DNA of 64,000 bases. It comes from Dendrobates tinctorius. Lineage: Eukaryota. Below, in pieces: positions 56,976-64,000 of the stretch. The stretch spans positions 124,001-188,000 of the forward strand of contig NW_027361867.1 in NCBI RefSeq assembly GCF_039654945.1, given 5' to 3'. Below the pieces are notes generated by a model. The model saw nothing but the letters and a program-made list of their open reading frames with translations, had not been told where the DNA came from and did no database searches. Position 1 is the first letter of the stretch; each line of letters begins with the position of its first letter. The position numbers and the translations under genes are program-made.

Positions 56976-58330
56976 TTAAGAAAATGAAAAAGGCTTCTCC
57001 TCTGTGTGACTGCTCTGATGTCTTACAAGAAGCGCTTTCTGGTTAAAACATTTCCCACATTCTGAACATGAATAAGGTTTCTCCCCTGTGTGACTTCTTT
57101 GGTGCCTAGCCAATTCTGATTTATTGATAAAACATTTCCCACATTTTGAACAGGAAAAAGGCCTCTCTCCTGTGTGAATTCTCTGGTGACTAAAAAGATG
57201 ACATTTCTGGTTAAAAGTTTTCCCACATTCTGAACAGGAAAAAGGTTTCTCCCCTGTGTGAGTTCTTTGGTGATTAACCAATTGTGATTTCCGGTTAAAA
57301 CATTTCCCACATTCTGAACAGGAAAAAGGCTTTTCCCCTGTGTGAGTTCTCTGGTGATTAACCAATTGTGATTTCCGGTTAAAACATTTCCCACATTCTG
57401 AACATGAAAAAGGTTTCTCCCCTGTATGAGTTCTTTGGTGATTAACCAATTGTGATTTCCGGTTAAAACATTTCCCACATTCTGAACAGGAAAAAGGCTT
57501 CTCCCCTGTGTGAGTTCTCTGGTGAGTAATAAGATGCTCTTTCTTGTTAAAACATTTCCCACATTCTGAACAGGAAAAAGGCTTCTCCCCCGTGTGAGTT
57601 CTATGGTGATTAAACAAATCTGATTTCCGGTTAAAACATTTCCCACATTCTGAACAGGAAAAAGGCTTCTCCCCCGTGTGAATGCTCTGATGTCTAACAA
57701 GAATCGCTTTCCGGCTAAAACATATCCCACATTCTGAACAGGAAAAAGGCTTCTCCCCTGTGTGACTGCTCTGATGTCTAACAAGAATCGCTTTCTGACT
57801 ATAACATTTCCCACATTCTGAACAGGAAAAAGGCTTCTCCCCCGTGTGACTGCTCTGATGTCTAACAAGAATCACTTTCTGGCTAAAACATTTCCCACAT
57901 TCAGAACATGAAAAAGGCTTCTCTCCTGTGTGGATTCTCTGGTGCTTAACACATTCTGATTTACTGTTAAAACATTTCCCACATTTTGAACAGCAGAAAG
58001 GCTTCTCCCCTGTGTGAATTCTCTGGTGAGTAACAAGAGATTTCTTGTTAAAACATTTCCCACATTCTGAACATGAAAATGACTTATTTACTTTAGGAGA
58101 AGTTTGTTTTTTACTGCTTTTTTTGTGACCTTGATTTCCCTTAGTAATCAGTAATGAGTCAAGAGATGGGACCTGTTTCATAGGACCAGATGACAGATCT
58201 TTGCTGTAAATAGATGATGATATATCTGGAGTAACAGCAATCACTTCACTTGTATCTTGTAGGATCTCAAGATTATCAGATTTAAAAATTGAAGATGTCA
58301 GCTGTCCATCTGATCTCCTGTTATAGTCAT
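56976..58330 (-). CDS. Zinc-finger exon of gene B (13 C2H2 fingers; finger 1 is one residue short)
   Basis: ORF 56976-58412. Confidence 0.96.
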
Positions 58331-61300
58331 CTGCTAAGATAAAAAAACAATTTTTTTTAATAAAATATCCTTGAGTTTTATATTTTTGAACATTTCTACT
58401 TAAACTGTCCATAAAAATTGCAAGCTATGTAAAAAACTTTAATTATTTACCAAGACAATGACAGTTCACAGTCTAATAGAAAACCGTGTTGGATGAGCCA
58501 GTAGTTTGTGGTGTTCAACTGTTTGTTCATTCTGCCTCCCAAATATCGAATAAAAAGAAACCAATCAATGTTATGTAGTCGAAAGTAATACCAATTCTCA
58601 TCTCACAAAAAACAAGTCCCCACTCAGGTCCATCATTTGTTAATGGGAAAACAGATAAGGCAGGTTACAGTTAATGCTATAGATAGGGTTAGTGTTGGGG
58701 CTAAAGTTAGGGTTACTGTTAGGGTTACTGTTAGGCTAAAGTTAGGGTTTATTCTAAAGTTAGGGGTAGGCTAAAGAATTAGGCTTTTCTCAATTGTCTC
58801 CCAAATAATTTGGTCACGTCAGTCATGTCAGAGTTTTCTATTTCCAGAAAAAAAAAATAAAAACAAATAAAATGTCCCGTCAGTATTATAGTGCAGAGGA
58901 GGCTTATGCACTTTTATGTTCTGACAGTGAAGAAAGTGCAGTGTCAGATGGGGATGTGGATTTCGAGGGTTTTAGTAGCAGCGACAGTGATAGCTCAGAA
59001 ATGAGCAGTGATTCTGGTCCATCCTCACACACAAGGACCAGTACAACAAAAAGGACAAATAGCGCTTCTGGAGAAATGTCTCCAACTCAGGGAACAATGC
59101 CCAGTACTAGCGCTGTCCCTAGTGCTCGTGAATTGGCGCACACCAATGTCCAAGGGGCTTTGCCTCTTGATGTAGCATTTCCCAGATGGGAGGCTTCAGA
59201 TTCGGCTACTCCATTCATCCCTAATTTTAATGCCATTCCTGGTATAAATGTGGAGGTGGAACATTTTGGACCAATTATTTTTTTTAATTTGTTTATGACA
59301 GATAGCTTGCTAGAGCATATTGTCCTACAAATTTATATGTGTCCCAATTCATCAGCCAGAATCCACGATCCTATTATGCTAGATCAAATTTATGGACACC
59401 AACTAATTTCCTAGAAATGAAAACATTTTTAGGACTTACATTCTCTATGTGGCTTGTTAAAAAAACGAGCATTCGGTCCTATTGGTCCAACCGCCCTGTT
59501 CAAGCCACCGCTATGTTTTCTTCCATTCTTCCTAGGACCTATTATGAAAGCTTTTCGTATTTATGAGGGGAATGATAGCCAACTAAACCCACCAGGATGC
59601 CCTACTTATCTGTGGACATCTGGAAAAATCGTTTGGGAGCGGATAACTCCATTTTTACAAGAAGGCTACATTCTGTATGTTGATAACTATTACACCAGCA
59701 TATCTCTATTAAAAAGTCTGGTTGAACATTAGGGGCTTGTGGGACCATTCGCAAAAACCATCAGGGGTTTCCACAATCAATGGTCAGCAAAAAGTTCTGA
59801 AAGGGGCAGTCAGGGGCTTTCCGCAATGGACAGCTGCTTGCCATTAAGTATAAGGATAAAAAAGATATTTTTATCCTGAGCTCGATCCACACAGATGCCA
59901 CAAGTGCCACTTCAGACCAACAGGGATCCACTACTCCAAAACCTGTGTCTGTCACTGACTACAACAAATATATGGGGGTGTGGACCTTGCAGATCAGGTT
60001 CTACAGCCATACCAGGTATCAGACAAATCATATCTCTGGTATAAAAAGTTAGTCATGTATTTGTTGCAGGTGGCCACATATAATTCTTTTGTGTTATACA
60101 AAAAAGCCGGAAATGCAGACACTTTCCTTGATTATCAGGAAAAGGTCACTGAAAATCTTGTTTTTGATAATTCTTTCCCCGCCAATCCTTTAGAATGTGA
60201 AGATGTCAGAAGACTCACTGAGCGACATTTTATTGCACTCATCCCAGTAACTGAGACAAGAAAGAACCTCAGAGAAGATGTCGTGTATGTTCCTAGAGAG
60301 GAATGAGGCATGATACCCGCTATTATTACCCACAATGCCCATCACTGCCAGCCTTATGCCTCCATGACGGCTTTACAATCTTCCACACAGAACCACGGTT
60401 TTGAACTGTTTTGAGATTCAAGCATTTGGTTTATTTAGTGACAGACACATTTGAGTGGAGCTGACTTAACAATTTCCGGGGGTAGGTGGGGGGAGGTCTC
60501 CAGAGACACAAGCTGGGCACAATATATTGGGCACTACCATAACATTGCTGCAATTTTTGCTCTGAAACTTCTACGTGTTTCTGGAAATCATCCATGTAGT
60601 GAAAATGGTCACTATATCCATAGATGAATTCCCAGAGGGGTGTCATTTCCAAAATGGGGTCACTTCAGGAGGTAATTCATCTCTGGGTGTAGTGACCATT
60701 TACCTATCTACCTATTTTCCAATGTAAAATCTGGGGTTAAAAACATTTTAGTGGTAAAAATGTAATTATTTTTTCTTCACTGCCCAATGGTATAATTTTC
60801 TATGGAACAGCTGTGGGGTCAGTATGCTCACTGCACCACTAGAAGAATTCATTCAGGGAAGTATTTGGTAAAATGCAGTCACTTTTGGGGGCTTATGCTG
60901 TTCTGGCACCTCAGGGGCTCTGACAATGTGACATGTCACCCACAAACAATTCCAGCAAAATCTGCTCTCCAATATGGCGCTCCTTCCCTACCGAGCTCTG
61001 CCATGCGCCCAAACAGTGGATTACCCCCACATATGGGGTGTCAGCATACTCAGGACAAATTGCAAAACAACTTTTTGGGTCCAATTTCTACTGTTACCAT
61101 TTTGGAAAAAACATTTGAGGTCGAAAAGTTCATTTTTTGTCCAAAAAATATGATTTTTTATTTTCACAACTCTATGTAACTAACTTCTGTGAAGCACTTG
61201 GGGCTTCACAGTGCTCACCACACATCTAGATAAGTTCCTTGGGGGGGTTTAGTTTCCAAAATGGGGTCACTTCACTGTTTAGACACGTCATTGTCTCTGA

Positions 61301-63411
61301 CAATGTGACATGTCACCCACAAACAATTCCAGCAAAATCTTCTCTCCAATATGGTGTCTCCCTAACTTCCAAGCTTTGCCATGCTCCCAAACAGTAGTAT
61401 TCTCCCACATATGGGGTATCTACGTGTTCAGGAGAAATTGCATGGAGCAATTTCTCCTCTTACCCTTATGAAAATGCAAAATATGGAGATGAAAAGATTT
61501 GTGAAAAATTGTATTTTTTATTTCCACGGCTCTACGTTATAAACTTCTGTGAAGCACCAGTGGTTTCAGCGTGCTCCATACACATCTATATAAGTTTCCT
61601 AAGGGGTCTAGTTTCTAAAATGGGGTCCCTTGTTGGCGGTTTCCACTGTTTAGGCACATTAGGGGCTCTCGAAATGTGACATGGCAACCGCTAATTAGTC
61701 CAGCATATTTTACATTCAAAAGTAAAATGGCGGCGCCTGCGCAGTAGCATATATAAGTAAGAGATAGAGGCTACTGGACAGGCGCTGCTGGTGTCATTTT
61801 GCTAGATGTAATTTTTTTCTAAGCATCACAATAGCCACAATATTATAGGAATTATCACCAATAATATCAATGCTATTATATGCATTATGTAATAATGGGG
61901 GCAGGTCAGTGAGGGGTCAGCGACCTGTCATAAGCCAATACAGATGAATATGTAATCAGAGCACCACATAAAGCCCCACCCACAGCCCCGCCCCAGAGCA
62001 CGAGAATCTCATTAACTGAAAACTACAAATGCAAATTAAACAACAGTAAACCAGAGTTGCTCTCATTTATGGTGGATCATTGGAGCTACTATGGATCCTG
62101 AGCAGAAGATTAAGTCTGCTGATTTCTATGCAGCCGCATCTCCGGTCCTGAGTACCAGCGGTAGCACCGGATGTTGATTACGAGAGATTCGTGCGAGTTT
62201 CTCGTATCACACAAGGTAGTGTGAATCCGGCCTAACTCTGTGTTCGGTGTGACTCTTTAAGCGCGCACTCGGCCTATATTGGGTCAGATACAAGCAATCA
62301 TATAGATCTCGCTTTAAGGGATCACCCTCACACTAATACCAGGGAGTAGGTGGATCCTCCAGGTTGTAAGTTCTATAGAAAAGGGCTTTCACTGCCCAAA
62401 GTCATTTGAACAGTTTTGGGTGGAGGAGAATGTTGTGGTCTAGAGGCAAAATGGTGATCATGGTAATACGGCCGGACAACCACACCGATAAAGCAGCCAC
62501 AGCCGGTGACTGAGAGGAATCTGTGACTTCTCTGCATTCAGTGGTTACTACTCACCTGGGTAGTCATATGTGGGAATCTCCTCTTTACACCACTCATCAC
62601 CCCTCACATATGTCTCTGTAGTATTAATATGGGTCAGATCTTCACCCTGAAACAAATATTGTAAAAGTCACAGACAGATGGAGAAGTCCCATCTATGATC
62701 AGCTCTAATCCTGCCATCTCCACCGCTCTCATTACACAAGTATAAAACATATAATACTGGTGGATAAAACAAGACTGAGCACAAGACCTTCACAGCCGTC
62801 TACACATCATAGGGGAGATCTCCTGACACCTTCTCTCCATCTACCTGATGATCCTGAGGAGCACTGGGATCTTCTTGGTTACAGTCCTGTGGAAGAAGAG
62901 GTCGGGGACATCTCTCTGGTGTTGTCCTCTTACTGGATAGATCTGGAGGAAACACATACAGGGACTGAATTCATTCTCTACATACAGATAATTATAGGCC
63001 GTGTGTATTTAGTCCTGTCTATTACCTGGTGATGTGAGGGGCTGGGGAACCTCCATTATGACATTCTTGTATAGATCTCTGTGTCCTTCTAAATACTCCC
63101 ACTCCTCCATGGAGAAATAGACAGCGACATCCTGACACCTTATAGGAACCTGACACATACAATGATACCGTCATCCCCCGATCCCTTCATAGCGTTACTG
63201 TATAATGTCCCAGCATTCCCAGCAGTGTCACCTCTCCAGTCAGCAGCTCAATCATCTTGTAGATGAGTTCTAGGATCTTCTGGTCATTGATGTCCTCATG
63301 GATCAGGGGGTGAGGTGGAGGCCCTGTGATTGGGCTCAGGGGTCTTCCCCATCCCTCAGACACAGGGTCCTGACAGCGATCACTAGAGGTCTTCTTCACC
63401 ACTGTGTAATC
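56976..63411 (-). CDS. KRAB C2H2 zinc-finger gene B, 13 fingers; exons 63232-63411, 63026-63149 (KRAB-A), 62845-62942, 62556-62646, 56976-58330; exon 1 outside window
   Basis: Same exon sizes (180, 124, 98, 91) and phases as gene A, intact splice sites and an open frame. Confidence 0.92.
58660..61735 (+). mobile_element. piggyBac element remnant in gene B intron 5: TTAGGG-like tract, transposase pseudogene, ~380-bp repeats
   Basis: TAGGGTTAG/AAAGTTAGGG tract at 58684-58770; repeats at 60430-61730 homologous to 22700-25270 in opposite orientation; termini lost. Confidence 0.8.
58872..60404 (+). pseudogene. piggyBac (PGBD4-like) transposase, internally deleted and frameshifted
   Basis: [12 protein letters not shown], acidic tract, [49 protein letters not shown] and a cysteine-rich tail (RRCRVC...CPSLPALC). 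The first catalytic-Asp block appears deleted near 59540. Confidence 0.9.
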
Positions 63412-63522
63412 CTGGTTATGGAGAGACACATTAATAAATCTCACTAAAGACATTTCCAGAGTCCTCACCTCTCCAGTTCTGTCCATCTGTTATTCCCATA
63501 GATAAGAATGATGCAATGTGAC

Positions 63523-64000
63523 TGTGGTGCCCCTGAGGGTTCAGTCGTCACAGAGGTACTGCACCTCCTCCTGAGGTGTGGTGCCCCACCATCCAGGTAA
63601 GGTGGAGACACCTGACCACGCTCCAACACCTGCATCCCACACAACATAGTAGTGTAGCAAAGCACCTTTGGTGGCTCCCTGCTTGGAACACGAACAACAT
63701 GGGTGGTCCTAAGAAAAGCGCGCAAACTGTTCTGGGCCTCCCCTGCCTAAACTTCTATGCTACAGCAACATGGCCCACCCCCAGAGGGGTTCGTATACTG
63801 GCCTGTTATGGAGGAGTAGGAAGAAGATGCCGCCCCCAGAAGGAGGAGTGAAGCCCCATGGTGGGAAAGGAGCCCAGGAAGGAGAGAGAATGCCAGGACA
63901 CCATGATGGAAGAAGGATGGAGGCCAGGAGAAAACGGTGGAGAAAAACAACTCTCTCCGAGACAGCACCTGCGGAGCCCACGGCCGCTGCGATACCAGTT
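63523..64000. mobile_element. LTR-like insertion in gene B intron 1, running off the window
   Basis: Abrupt end of intron homology at 63522, followed by TGTGGTGCCCCTGAGG, a Gypsy-type LTR start. Confidence 0.7.

Noticed and set aside
58872-60404. Host PGBD4 gene
   Set aside because: Deleted, frameshifted and flanked by element repeats.

Overview
Eukaryotic (vertebrate) genomic DNA, almost certainly a frog. This is inferred from anuran-type XlCOF/XlCGF-like KRAB zinc-finger genes and the Harbinger/piggyBac/Tc1/L2/Penelope repeat complement. The window is part of a TE-dense KRAB-C2H2 zinc-finger cluster. It holds one complete 6-exon gene on + (gene A, CDS 36318-45811, 11 fingers), a convergent tail-to-tail paralog on - (gene B, 56976->63411, 13 fingers, first exon outside the window), and an extra 4-exon KRAB module with no finger exon of its own (28567-34531), in splice phase with gene A. 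The left 6 kb is an autonomous-type Harbinger transposon (intron-containing DDE transposase plus a 7-exon MADF/BESS-like partner with a YQTPSP repeat tail). It is inserted at a TTA just after the -1 frameshift signal of a Ty3/Gypsy element that looks self-priming. Three tandem arrays (39, 34 and 110 bp units) fill 8-21.5 kb. The 110-bp satellite is built from pairs of hAT-TIR-like motifs and is bounded by real hAT ends, which is the most unusual structure seen. The remainder is nested, mostly decayed L2 (with a 2A-like peptide), L1, Penelope (with decayed hammerhead motifs), Tc1, piggyBac, Helitron, SINE, solo LTR and MITE insertions, plus two N gaps. Everything was read by eye; no database searches or folding computations were run.
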